A DNA stretch of 64,000 nucleotides, taken from Candidatus Omnitrophota bacterium. GTDB taxonomy: Bacteria > Omnitrophota > Gorgyraeia > B26-G9 > JBDRCZ01. Under the pieces are notes generated by a model, which ran no database searches, had not been told where the DNA came from, and saw nothing but the letters and a program-made list of their open reading frames with translations. Location of the stretch: positions 18,699 to 82,698 of the forward strand of contig JBDRCZ010000058.1 in assembly GCA_043821285.1 (NCBI GenBank). Reading direction: 5' to 3'. Numbering within the stretch: the stretch's first letter is position 1; the number at the start of each line of letters is the position of its first letter. This document shows, piece by piece, positions 39,639 through 50,300 of this stretch. The position numbers were made by a program, and so were the translations under genes.

Positions 39639-39643
39639 ATTTT

Positions 39644-41110
39644 TTGAAAACGACAATTCACTTTAAACTAACTATTATCCTTATTCTCGCAGTGATACCG
39701 CTGTTTTATCTAAACGGCTATTTCCTCATCCATAATGCCAACAGCCAACTTAAAGAAGAACTGCGTCAACAGGCAATAGACGAAGAAATCTCCACGGCCA
39801 GTATTATAAGCCATGAGAGATTTCTGCATAATTTTAACAACTTAATCACTATTGCCGCAATCATCATATTAATCATCATCGCCAGTATATTATATGCCAA
39901 ATTTACCCGCCCGATATCCGAATTAAATAAAGGAATAACGCGCCTGCTTGCGGGTGATTTTAATTATACTATTCCCATAAAAACTACTGATGAACTTGGG
40001 AACCTGGTAAAAAATTTCAATCTCATGGTCGAGCATCTCAAACAACGATTCGAAGAACAATCTGCGCTTTATGAAGTTACCCAGGGATTAACGGCCATAA
40101 CAGAATTGGATCAGCTATTAAATAAAATCCTGGAAACTGCGATAAAACTGCTAAATGCCGAAAATGGCTCAATCATGTTAATTGACCAAAAAACAAAGAA
40201 CCTGACGATTAAGGCGGCAAAGGGACTTGATATAAATATTATAAAATCAACCCAGCGCAAAATTGGTGAAGGAATTAGCGGGTGGGTGGCTCGGGAAAAT
40301 ACACCGCTTATAATATCGGCAAAATCGGAAAATGCCTTGCCGGTCAGCTTTATTAAAAAAGAAAATATCAAGAATGCAATATGTGTACCTTTAGATATTA
40401 ACGATAAGGTAATCGGTATATTAAATATCAGCAACAAACAAGATGCTGAAAATTTTAATTGGGATCACCTAAATCTTCTCTCTTCCTTTGCCAGTGATGT
40501 GGCAATAAATATTGAAAACGCACGGGTATACCACAAAATACACCGTGATTTTTTAAATACGATTTTCGCACTTGCCGAAGCAATCGATGCGCGTACTCCT
40601 GATATGCACGGCCATTCAGAAAAAGTAACCACCGATGCCTTAAAGATTGCCACTAAACTCAACTTCAATGCGCAGAAACTTGAAGAGCTTCAAATCTCAG
40701 CAATCTTACATGACATCGGCAAAATCGGCATATCTGATAAAATACTATTTAAATCCGATAAATTAACCCCAGCAGAATACGCAATAATAAAAACCCACCC
40801 TGAACAGGGAATAAAAATGCTTGCCCGTGCAAGTCTTTCGGAGAAAATAATTGATTCCGTTCTCCATCATCACGAACGTTATGATGGTCTGGGATATCCT
40901 AAAAGGCTTGCGGGAACAAATATTCCCTTATTTTCCCGGATCATTGCCATTGCGGATAGTTTTATCGCGATGACCTCGAAACGTCCATATAATAAAACAT
41001 TGAACACTGAAGAAGCCTTAGAGGAAATCGTCCACTCATCCGGCACACAATTTGACCCGCATTTAGTAAGAGTCTACTACGATATTAAAATTAATGAAGA
41101 TATCCTGTAA
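39644..41110 (+). CDS. Membrane HAMP-GAF-HD-GYP protein (c-di-GMP phosphodiesterase of the HD-GYP class)
   Basis: Two transmembrane segments, a HAMP-like linker and a GAF domain. HD domain with HDIGK and HHHERYDGLGYP (GYP motif). TTG start per the ORF track. Confidence 0.8.
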   Translation: MKTTIHFKLTIILILAVIPLFYLNGYFLIHNANSQLKEELRQQAIDEEISTASIISHERFLHNFNNLITIAAIIILIIIASILYAKFTRPISELNKGITRLLAGDFNYTIPIKTTDELGNLVKNFNLMVEHLKQRFEEQSALYEVTQGLTAITELDQLLNKILETAIKLLNAENGSIMLIDQKTKNLTIKAAKGLDINIIKSTQRKIGEGISGWVARENTPLIISAKSENALPVSFIKKENIKNAICVPLDINDKVIGILNISNKQDAENFNWDHLNLLSSFASDVAINIENARVYHKIHRDFLNTIFALAEAIDARTPDMHGHSEKVTTDALKIATKLNFNAQKLEELQISAILHDIGKIGISDKILFKSDKLTPAEYAIIKTHPEQGIKMLARASLSEKIIDSVLHHHERYDGLGYPKRLAGTNIPLFSRIIAIADSFIAMTSKRPYNKTLNTEEALEEIVHSSGTQFDPHLVRVYYDIKINEDIL

Positions 41111-41129
41111 CAAGCTACAGGATATCTTC
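41096..41129 (+). terminator. Perfect 14-bp stem-loop (GAAGATATCCTGTA-acaagc-TACAGGATATCTTC) spanning the HD-GYP stop codon
   Basis: Read directly. No U-tract follows, so its role as an intrinsic terminator is uncertain. Confidence 0.35.
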
Positions 41130-41317
41130 ATCTACAGAAAAAGATTACATTTTCCCATCATCCGCCAAGGCGGGTGAAAAAACTTTTGTCCTGTAGCAAC
41201 CTACTGGTAATACTATATTTAAAATTCGTGTAGATTTGTGCAATTCGTGGTTAGAGTTTTAGTTTTTTTCTTTTTTAACACCGGCGCAAAGCGTGCCAAG
41301 TTTTTTTTATAATTATT

Positions 41318-41346
41318 TTCAAAAATTTGCCAGTGTCTGCTATAAT
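41318..41346 (+). promoter_or_regulatory. Near-consensus sigma70-type promoter TTCAAA-N17-TATAAT
   Basis: ttcaaaAATTTGCCAGTGTCTGCtataat. About 50 nt upstream of the downstream + gene. Confidence 0.45.
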
Positions 41347-41392
41347 ATGTCATTGTGTAGATATTTTTTGACAAAACCCTTTTTTTAAAGAG

Positions 41393-42898
41393 GTGTGCTT
41401 TGTGCCTGGAAAAATATTTAACTCATTAGGGAAACATCTAATATCCCCGGTTATTTTTACTATCTGCCTTATAATTTCACAACCGCAACAAATCTTAGCG
41501 GTGAATCAGCAGCCAGATACTAACAAACATCTGCGCAATATTGCACCTAATCATTACATTAAACTATCCATTGATTCATCTACGCATCGTAATTATGGGT
41601 TAGCTTATCCAATAACACATACCTTTTCTTTACCTGCAACATTTTCGGCCTTAAAAGCATACAAAAGACATCGGCAAACCCAGCCCTGGAGAGAAATCAC
41701 AGAGAAGACATCCCGTGATTTTTTTAATGGTATTGAAGCGGTACGATTTGACTATTTAAATAATATAGCTTATATTTCGCTATCCTTTGATTGCTTAAGT
41801 GATGAAATTCACTTAAAGATACTTGACTCTTCTGGCAAGGCGGTCAACGCAACCTATCAGGGAATTTCCGACTATTATGACAATCGCGATGCGGCAATCG
41901 TAGCTACAGCTGATGATTGGGATGGCTATGAACCTAATAATACGGGATTTAAGATGGCCTGCGATGCATTTACTCAGAGAAAAATTTGGCTCACTGTAGG
42001 TATAACCACCCATGGACAAGTAAATTTGAAAGTAGTTCCCCATCAGTTCTGGTCCGCGGTAATCTGGGATGAAGTGCAATCAAAAGTAGATGCCGGCTAC
42101 ATTGAAGTAGCTTCTCATTCCCTGACGCATCCTGGACCTGGGTGTGGCCATTTCTATAAATACACCGGTCCCCATACTGGTACTGATAACCAGAGGTTTG
42201 TACTTGAAGACAAGCGTGCAAATAATGGAATGGGTTTTCCTTCAAGTGACAAAAGCTATCTTGTGGGTCTGCGGGTTAAAAATACTACTGACAAGAGTTC
42301 CGGAATAATAACATCGAATACTAACTCAACAATTACCTGTGCTGCCGGGCTATCTGGCGGAACCGGTAATTGTTGGAATAAAGGTGACACCTATAGTATT
42401 TCGCTTTACGATTCTGAAATTGGGACATCAAAAGATGAAATCATTACAAACCTCAATCTGCCATATGCCCAGGGAAGCAACGAATATGTTTATGCCTGGT
42501 TCGAGCCTTGCTGCTACTCTGACCACACCGTACTCACTAAGCTTGGACAATTTAAATATTTAGTTGACCGGAACTCAATCCCCGGGGCACAAACTTTTGC
42601 TCCTTGGAGCCAAACACCTAAAATCTTTGGGCCAACTGGCTGCTCCTTATGGATAGAAAACAGCGCACTGGCAGCGGCAAATAAGAAATTCGACAATATG
42701 GTGTCTCGGGGAAATATTTATCACATATGCATGCATCCCCGGGATGTTGATTGGTCGGACGACTCATGGATATATGATCATTTAAACTATATTCACGGAA
42801 GAACAAACTTATGGTATGTTGGTCTCGGGCATTTATATTTATATCATTATGTCAATAAACTCAACAAAATTACCGTCGAAAAGATAGCAGGGGAGTAG
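41393..42898 (+). CDS. Secreted polysaccharide-deacetylase-like (CE4/NodB-homology) protein
   Basis: Signal peptide. TADDWDG (like TFDDG) and SHSLTHP (H-S/T-xxHP) NodB motifs. The likely true start is GTG 41402, 9 nt after AAAGAGG. The CE4 assignment is tentative. Confidence 0.45.
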   Translation: MCFVPGKIFNSLGKHLISPVIFTICLIISQPQQILAVNQQPDTNKHLRNIAPNHYIKLSIDSSTHRNYGLAYPITHTFSLPATFSALKAYKRHRQTQPWREITEKTSRDFFNGIEAVRFDYLNNIAYISLSFDCLSDEIHLKILDSSGKAVNATYQGISDYYDNRDAAIVATADDWDGYEPNNTGFKMACDAFTQRKIWLTVGITTHGQVNLKVVPHQFWSAVIWDEVQSKVDAGYIEVASHSLTHPGPGCGHFYKYTGPHTGTDNQRFVLEDKRANNGMGFPSSDKSYLVGLRVKNTTDKSSGIITSNTNSTITCAAGLSGGTGNCWNKGDTYSISLYDSEIGTSKDEIITNLNLPYAQGSNEYVYAWFEPCCYSDHTVLTKLGQFKYLVDRNSIPGAQTFAPWSQTPKIFGPTGCSLWIENSALAAANKKFDNMVSRGNIYHICMHPRDVDWSDDSWIYDHLNYIHGRTNLWYVGLGHLYLYHYVNKLNKITVEKIAGE

Positions 42899-44327
42899 TG
42901 TTTATGGGTTTTATCATCGGACGAAATCCTAATCTCTCAACCTTGCCCCAACTCTTAACACCTTGCAATTTTTTAAAAAATGCCAGGATCCGCGAAAAAA
43001 TAACAATCTGACGATACCCGAGGTATTCCAATAAAGAAAAGACTAACATTCTTAAAAACACCCATTTGTTTCTGTATGTTTTAAAGACTACTTCTTCGAT
43101 AATAATCGCACAAACTGTCAACAACATTGTTATCCCTGCCGTGGAAAAGAGAAAAATCATCACGAAATTATAATTAATCACTCCTATTAACAATCCGGTA
43201 ATCATCGTTATAACCCCAGCACATTCCATAATCGGCGCAAACATTTCTCCGGCCGCGTAAAAGGGAAATGAAATAAGTCCTACGGCTTTATATCGCGGGT
43301 TAAAAAACATTATCTTGTGTCTTTGAATTGTATCAATCAGCCCGCGATGCCAGCGTTCTCGCTGTTTGACTAATGATGCTATGTTTGGCGGCGCCTCGGT
43401 CCAGGCAATCGGGTCGGAGACAAATATTACACGACAGCGCCGGCCTTTTTCCCGAAGCTTGCGGTGCATGCGCACGGTTAGTTCTATATCTTCGCCTACG
43501 GTATTTATCTCATAACCACCACACGCAACTACCTGGTCCTTTCTAAAGAATCCAAACGCCCCGGAAATAATCAAATCTCCGCCGAATCTATTCCAGCCCA
43601 GCTTACCAAACAAAAATATCCGCAAGTATTCGATTGCCTGAACTGCCGGGAAAATATCTGTGGGAAAACGCGTACGCATTATTTCTCCCTTCTCGATGTT
43701 ACAACCATTGGCAATGCGTATTGTCCCGCATATTGCAGCAGCGTCCTTTTCGGTCAACATCGCCCTGACCAAAGGCTGCAGCGCACCTTTTTCAATAATC
43801 GTATCCGCATCGACCGCTAAAAAATATCGGCTGGCCGCCACACTTATTCCGACATTTAAGGCATCTCCTTTACCGCCGTTTTGTTTATCGATTAAAATCA
43901 GATTCGGATAAATTTTCGAACGATAACTTTCTTTTATCGGCTGGGTTGCCTTAAAATTGTGTTCGGGCAATTGAATTTTTACCATTTGAAACGTGCTTAC
44001 CAGATATGGTAAAGTGGCATCCGCTGAGCCGTCATTTACAACAATTACTTCAAACTTAGGATAAGAAAGATTTAAAACTGCCTGGACGCTGACTATAATA
44101 TTCGCGGCTTCATTATATGCCGGGATAATAATACTTACTGGCGGGCAATCTATAGGATTCAAAACTTGTTTATCATCTTTGCGGCTTTGTTTATATCGGC
44201 AATATAACTGCGGTATTGAAAGCAGCAAGAGCAAAGCATAGAACGAATTAATCGCCAGAAAATAGCCCAATAAAACATTATTTAGCAAATATACTATATC
44301 ACGCATATCGTTTTTTGTTAGGCTCAA
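42870..44327 (-). CDS. Processive family-2 glycosyltransferase (PgaC / IcaA / cellulose-synthase-like)
   Basis: N-terminal transmembrane segment, IIIPAYNE ... VNDGSAD ... DADT ... QRERWHRG (QxxRW), C-terminal transmembrane bundle. Start TTGA-overlaps or lies 18 nt after the RHS gene stop. Confidence 0.75.
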   Translation of the reverse strand: MSLTKNDMRDIVYLLNNVLLGYFLAINSFYALLLLLSIPQLYCRYKQSRKDDKQVLNPIDCPPVSIIIPAYNEAANIIVSVQAVLNLSYPKFEVIVVNDGSADATLPYLVSTFQMVKIQLPEHNFKATQPIKESYRSKIYPNLILIDKQNGGKGDALNVGISVAASRYFLAVDADTIIEKGALQPLVRAMLTEKDAAAICGTIRIANGCNIEKGEIMRTRFPTDIFPAVQAIEYLRIFLFGKLGWNRFGGDLIISGAFGFFRKDQVVACGGYEINTVGEDIELTVRMHRKLREKGRRCRVIFVSDPIAWTEAPPNIASLVKQRERWHRGLIDTIQRHKIMFFNPRYKAVGLISFPFYAAGEMFAPIMECAGVITMITGLLIGVINYNFVMIFLFSTAGITMLLTVCAIIIEEVVFKTYRNKWVFLRMLVFSLLEYLGYRQIVIFSRILAFFKKLQGVKSWGKVERLGFRPMIKPINTTPLLSFRR

Positions 44328-47300
44328 AAGGGAAGTGGTTCAAACATTATTTTATCCACATACACCGCGCCCGCGGACATAGGCGACCATTCAAAAACAA
44401 AAGATATATTTTTCAGGCACCTTAAGTCAACTCCCTGAACCGCAAAATCTCTCAAAGGAATTCTCACCTTTTCCCACTGGGTTGAAGACTTTAAATACTG
44501 CTCTAAGTTTATGTATTTCCGTGTAGTACCATCATCCAGATACACATTAGGGGTTTCGCTCCCGTGAACCCTTTTGAATTTGAAAGAGAGAACCGGATAC
44601 TCACAAACATCAATATTATTCAAATCTACTATCCATCCCGCCCATGATTCTTTATCTCTTGAAGAGAAAATATCCGCATAATGTAAAAGCGAGCCCAATT
44701 GATCATAAAATGCGTTAATCCGGGCATTATTTGTCTTAAATGTCTTACAATCCCGGCCCCAGACATTCCGGCCAGCTCCGTCAGAACAGTTAGCAGCAAT
44801 TAACGGCACCACATCCATTTCAAAAGTAATATCGTCAATAAATATAACGCCGGTACTGTTTTTGAACCGATTTTCCAGGGTAAAATTAATATTCTCCAGA
44901 GAGGAAAAATCTTCTATTGTGCTAAAGCCCGCCAGAGGAATTGAAACCTTTTGCCACTCATTGGTAATGCCCATGGTTAAATAAGAACCAACCAAAATCT
45001 TATCTTCATGTCCATGCTTATCCATTAACCCCACCTGCACAACCGGGTTATCTATTTCACCCTTTATCCAGAAACAAAGAGTTCGATAAGCCGAGAGATC
45101 AATATTACGTAATAGCTTATAGTATCCGGCATAATCATCTTTCTCAGAAACATCGTAAGTCAATTTTAAACATGGCCCGCGTTCCGAATCATGTTCTATG
45201 GCCGTAGATATTTTGCTGTGAAAATCATTTTTCTGAAATAATCCCGCATCCGGGCCAAGGCCATTGGCATACAGGCTATGCTCAAAACCGGCTACCAACA
45301 AGGCGTCTTTTTTTGCCACCGGCTTTTCTGGAGGGTGTTTATCTTTTTCAATTATGAAATTATCAATGTAATACGTTGCTCCTTTCTTATTTTTGCCATA
45401 AACTAATTTCATGTAACCCTGCGCGTCCCAGTCTGCCATAACCATCTCTTGAATAACAAAGTTATCTCTTCCAACAATCGGGGGGTAGTTTTGCAACAGA
45501 GCATAGAGATTAAAACCGGCGGTATGCCATTTATTATCCACGATTACATTTTCAATCTGTCCTATCCGTTCCATATTCAGGCGCTTATATTCTTTTACTG
45601 CATCCGTAAACTCAATCTCATACCATCGCTCATCCATCTTAACGAGAAAATTAATATTTACCTGTTTTGGTATTTTATAGTCAAACCGAACAGTTGGGTA
45701 TTCTTTGGCATTAAACGGGAGGTCAAAGATTGTACTGGCAAAGTTACCGCCATGGTTTTTATTTGTTAACTTCAGGCAATAACCGCTGTCTAAATCTTTC
45801 CTTTGCTCCAATGTTAAATCAGCGCCAACATCACTATTGCGGTTAGTCCACTGTTCTATGCTCTGTTCAAATGTATTGGCAATCAAAAATTTCTCTTTTG
45901 AATTGATGCTTTTCTTCGATAACCCTAACTGATGTGCTGCGGGTTTATCAGCTGCGTATCTTGACCGGGATAGAGCTGTCCCTAAGTTTATGCCTTCAAA
46001 CACGGCAAAATAGGCATTGCCATGCGGCAGTCCGTGTAAATATGCGCAAAGTTCATTTGCCGCTTTATCAAAAAATGCCGGTAAATACTCCCATTGTTTT
46101 GCCTGAGAGTTGAACGCGTAGATTCCTAATTTTTCTGTGCTTAAATCCTTGAAACAATCCTCTGGAAGCTTTATTCCCAAAGTAGCATCTCTGGTAAAGC
46201 TCTCCCCCGCGGGTCTCATCTCATAGACTTTTCCTACAAGAGCACCCTCCTCGGGGAAAGGCAAGGTTTCATCCTCTAAAGGTTTAATTGTAATTATCCG
46301 AAACGGCTCTCTTAACGCGTGTTCCGGCACATCAAGCACAACCATCCCGTCAGTACTTATGGCTTTCCCCCCATAAATATTTGGGATTACCCGGCCAACC
46401 TCAACGGTCACGCGGTCCTCTGCAACAGCACCATGAATATTCGTTACAAGCAGCCGTATTGTATATACCCCCGCTAAATCTATAGGGTGGTCTTGCTGAT
46501 ACTCATCACCATAGGTATAATTTTTTAACCCGGTATCAAAAGTCGCCAGATTACCATAAATTGTCTGGTCGGATGAATCATCCAACATAACCGGAGCAGT
46601 ATCTTTTAGTTGTGGAATAGTAGATGTGGTAATATTCACCCATTCTCTTGGATTATCACCCTGTCCATAGTCTACACGATACTCTCTAAATGCCTCACCA
46701 TAGGCGACGCCGAAGATAGGAACTTTAGCGCGCACAAGTGCGTCCGCAAAAGGCACAGATATTTTTGCAATTAAGCCATTTGTTTTTTGGACAGCTTTAT
46801 GCTGCTGCGGACGTTTTTCTATACATTGAATAAACGTCGGCTCTCCACAAGATACATCTCTGTTTTGATCTATCGTAATATTCGACATAGGTTCATCAAC
46901 CGGTCCTTCATAATAATCCGGTTCAGGAATATTCTGTGCTATTTCCCATACCGCATAGGTCATCACTGTCCAAGACGCAGCAAATATTCCCCCAAAAATG
47001 TCGCCAGAAGCCAAAAATCCGCCCACAAAACTTGCTGCAACGTCATAATAAAATCTGTTTTCATCAAATAATCCACTTGGATCTGTGAAATTAACCGGAT
47101 TATTTTTTACATAACTATAAAAATTCATTCCCCCCTCGAACCCAATTGGATCAGGGGATAAAAACCTTCCGATTGCCGGGCTATAATATCTCGCCCGGTA
47201 ATAATAAAGCCCGGCCTCAGGCTCATATTCTCTTCCCGTAAACAAGTAGGGGTTGCCAATGCTACTTACCTTATTAGGAACGCCATAGGCATCGTAGGAA

Positions 47301-50300
47301 AAGGATTCTACAACATTCTCTGATTTATCTATAATATTAGTCACACTTCCCATTCCATCATAGCAGTAGAAATAATCCGTACCATTTCTTTTCATCACCA
47401 GTATCTCATCTATTCCTCGACCATAAACATAAGTTGCCTGGACCACACCTCTTTTATCCTTCTCCAGAATAACCCTGCTTTGGTCGTGTATATACTCGGT
47501 TATTGCTGCCGGGGTTATCTTAGAGGTTCTTCTTCCTAATGGATCATATACATATTTAATTATCTCCCCCGGCGTATTTACGCGGATGAGCTGATTTTCA
47601 AAATCATAGGCAAAGGTTGTTATTCCGGAAACCGCAGCAACTTCTATAAGGTTGCCATTGTTATCATAGGTATAAACATCCTCATCTATGTTTGTATATT
47701 GATTTAACATGTTTGTGGTGTATGTAGTGGTATCGCCATTTTTTGTTAAGGTGAGCCGGTTGCCAGCCTGATCATGGGTATATTCTGCTAATTCGCCGTC
47801 CGGCGATATTACTTTACTAAGCTGATAAATATTATCATAAACATACTCGGTCAAACCCTCTGGAGTAATCATGGTCAGTCTGTTACCAACAGCGTCATAA
47901 GTATAGGCAAAAGATGAAATAATTTCTGTGTTAGATTTTCTATTGACCAAAAACCCCAGACGTCCAAGAAAATCATAACTAAACTCAGTATAAACATTAT
48001 GTTGCAAATCCTTTCGGATAACCCGGCTCATGGCATCATAAGTATACGCGGCAATGGTTTGGCTTGAAGAATTTATCTGTATAAGTCTATTCACATCATC
48101 ATAAACATATTCCAGTTTTGTTCCATCGGGATAAACAAGCTGCGTGAGGTTTCCGGTTTTATCATAGCGATAACGTATTTTATCTTTTCCCGGACAGGTT
48201 ACCTTACTCAGCCTATTTGCCCGGTCATACTTAAATCTGAGCACACCGTTTCTGCCTTTTATCCTAATTAAATTCCCATAGTTATCATAGCTAAATACAT
48301 CTTTACGGCCATCAGGAAATATTTTTTCTCTGAGCTTACCTCTGGGGGTATAGCAAAATTTAATCTTCTGGCCATTTCTATCTGTCTTTCGCACTAGATT
48401 GCCTGCATCGTCATAGCGGTAACGTTCTCTACTCCCATCCGGATAAATCACGGTAATAAGATTACCATTACTATCATATGCAAAACTTGTTGTATTTCCC
48501 CGAGGGGTAGTAATACTGGATATTTGATTATATTGCGCTTCATAGGTCAACACAGTAACATTCCCCTGAGCGTCAGTTTTGGTTAAAATATTCCCACGGT
48601 TATCATAAGTAAAAAATATCTGGTTGCCATTAGCATCTCTGGTGCTTACTAAATTAGAATTATTATCATAGACACGTTCACTTATATTGCCTAACGTATC
48701 TTCTTTACAAATAATCAATCCATTATTGTTATAGATATAGCGTGTTTGCCTTCCCATGTTATCTGTCACTTTTTTTTCATGGGAAAGTTCACTATATTCG
48801 TAAAAAAGCCGGTTATTGCCTTCTTCATTGCTATATTCTTTAAGACGGCCATCTTCATATATTGTAAAAAACGTCTGCCGGCCGCAGGGATCACTAATCA
48901 GTATAAGATTGTGTTTTTGATCATAGGCATACGTGGTCTTAAATCCGCCAATATCCGTTACCGCGGATAGATTCCCCTCTTGGTCATATTCATACCATAC
49001 CCTTTGCCCAAATGGTCCTTCTATAGATGTAACTCGATTATTTTCATCATAATAAAAAAAAGTTATTTGGCCTGAGGTGTCCGTGATTGTTTTGAGGCGA
49101 TTATCCGGATCATATAAAAAAACTAATGCATTTCCGTTTCGATCTTCTATACGTGTTAATTTGCCTTGGCGGTTAAAATAAAAGACTTTTCCGTATTTTT
49201 CTGTTAACAGATAGGTGCCGTCAGCATTTTTTGTGAGTATTCGAAAATCACCTTTAGAAGACTCATATTCTCCCGGGGCCTTTGGTTTAAAAAAACTGCC
49301 GGTGCCGTTAGCATTAAATATCTCCACCAGCCCATCGGAGGTTTCTACAACATGCATGAGATAAGTATGCGTCCATCCGTATCCCAAGTATTTATCATAA
49401 CCGGAATACAAAGTATAAACCCTTTCTATTTGCACTGAGATACCTTGGGCCGGCATACTAAAGTCTATTTGGCGAACTAATTGTCTATCCGGGGAAGGAT
49501 TTGGCATTAAGGTAATCACTAAAGAACTATCGCGGATTAGCCGGCCATGGAAATCCGTAAGCTCAATATCTACCGTATAATCCTTGCCAGGATTAAGGTC
49601 CGTGGTATCCCATTGATAAAAAACCGGATAATCCATGGTTAAATTTTGCACACCGCTGTCATACCCATGGGAATTAGAGGTTATTCTTATTGAACCGCTG
49701 GTAATATTCGTTAGGTCAAAATTTCCTCTAACTTCAATCTTGATCATTTTACCGGTAGTATATCTATTGCCGGTCCTGGCAAATAAGCGGGCAACCACAT
49801 CTAAAACTATGGGTTCAGAATAAACCAAGGCACGATTATTATAACCATCGGCAACATAGAGCCATGTACCGTCACCATAAACAGAAATTGGCCCAGAAAG
49901 GCTACTAGCGGTAACCCCGTTAAAATTGCCGGCATTTGTGGAAAAATCCAGCTGTCCAAGAACCGCATCCGCGGACTGATTATTCTCCGTGGGGATCTGG
50001 GCATAGAGCAATATTCGATTATTGGCCTGATCCGCAACAAACAAGGATTCTCCGTTGCTATAAACAGCAAACGGCACATAAAAACTACTTGCACTTACAC
50101 CTCCATTATTTATTACATTCGAAGAAAAATTTGGCTGGCCTAAAACTATGTCCGCGGGTTGAAAATTATTCGTAGGAATTTGATTATGAATCAGCACTCT
50201 GTGATTGCCTTGGTCAGCGATATACACACGTATCCCATCACTAAAAACACGGGCCACTCCCCAAAGACTCTGGCTCGTTACCCCGCCGTTATTTGGGAGA

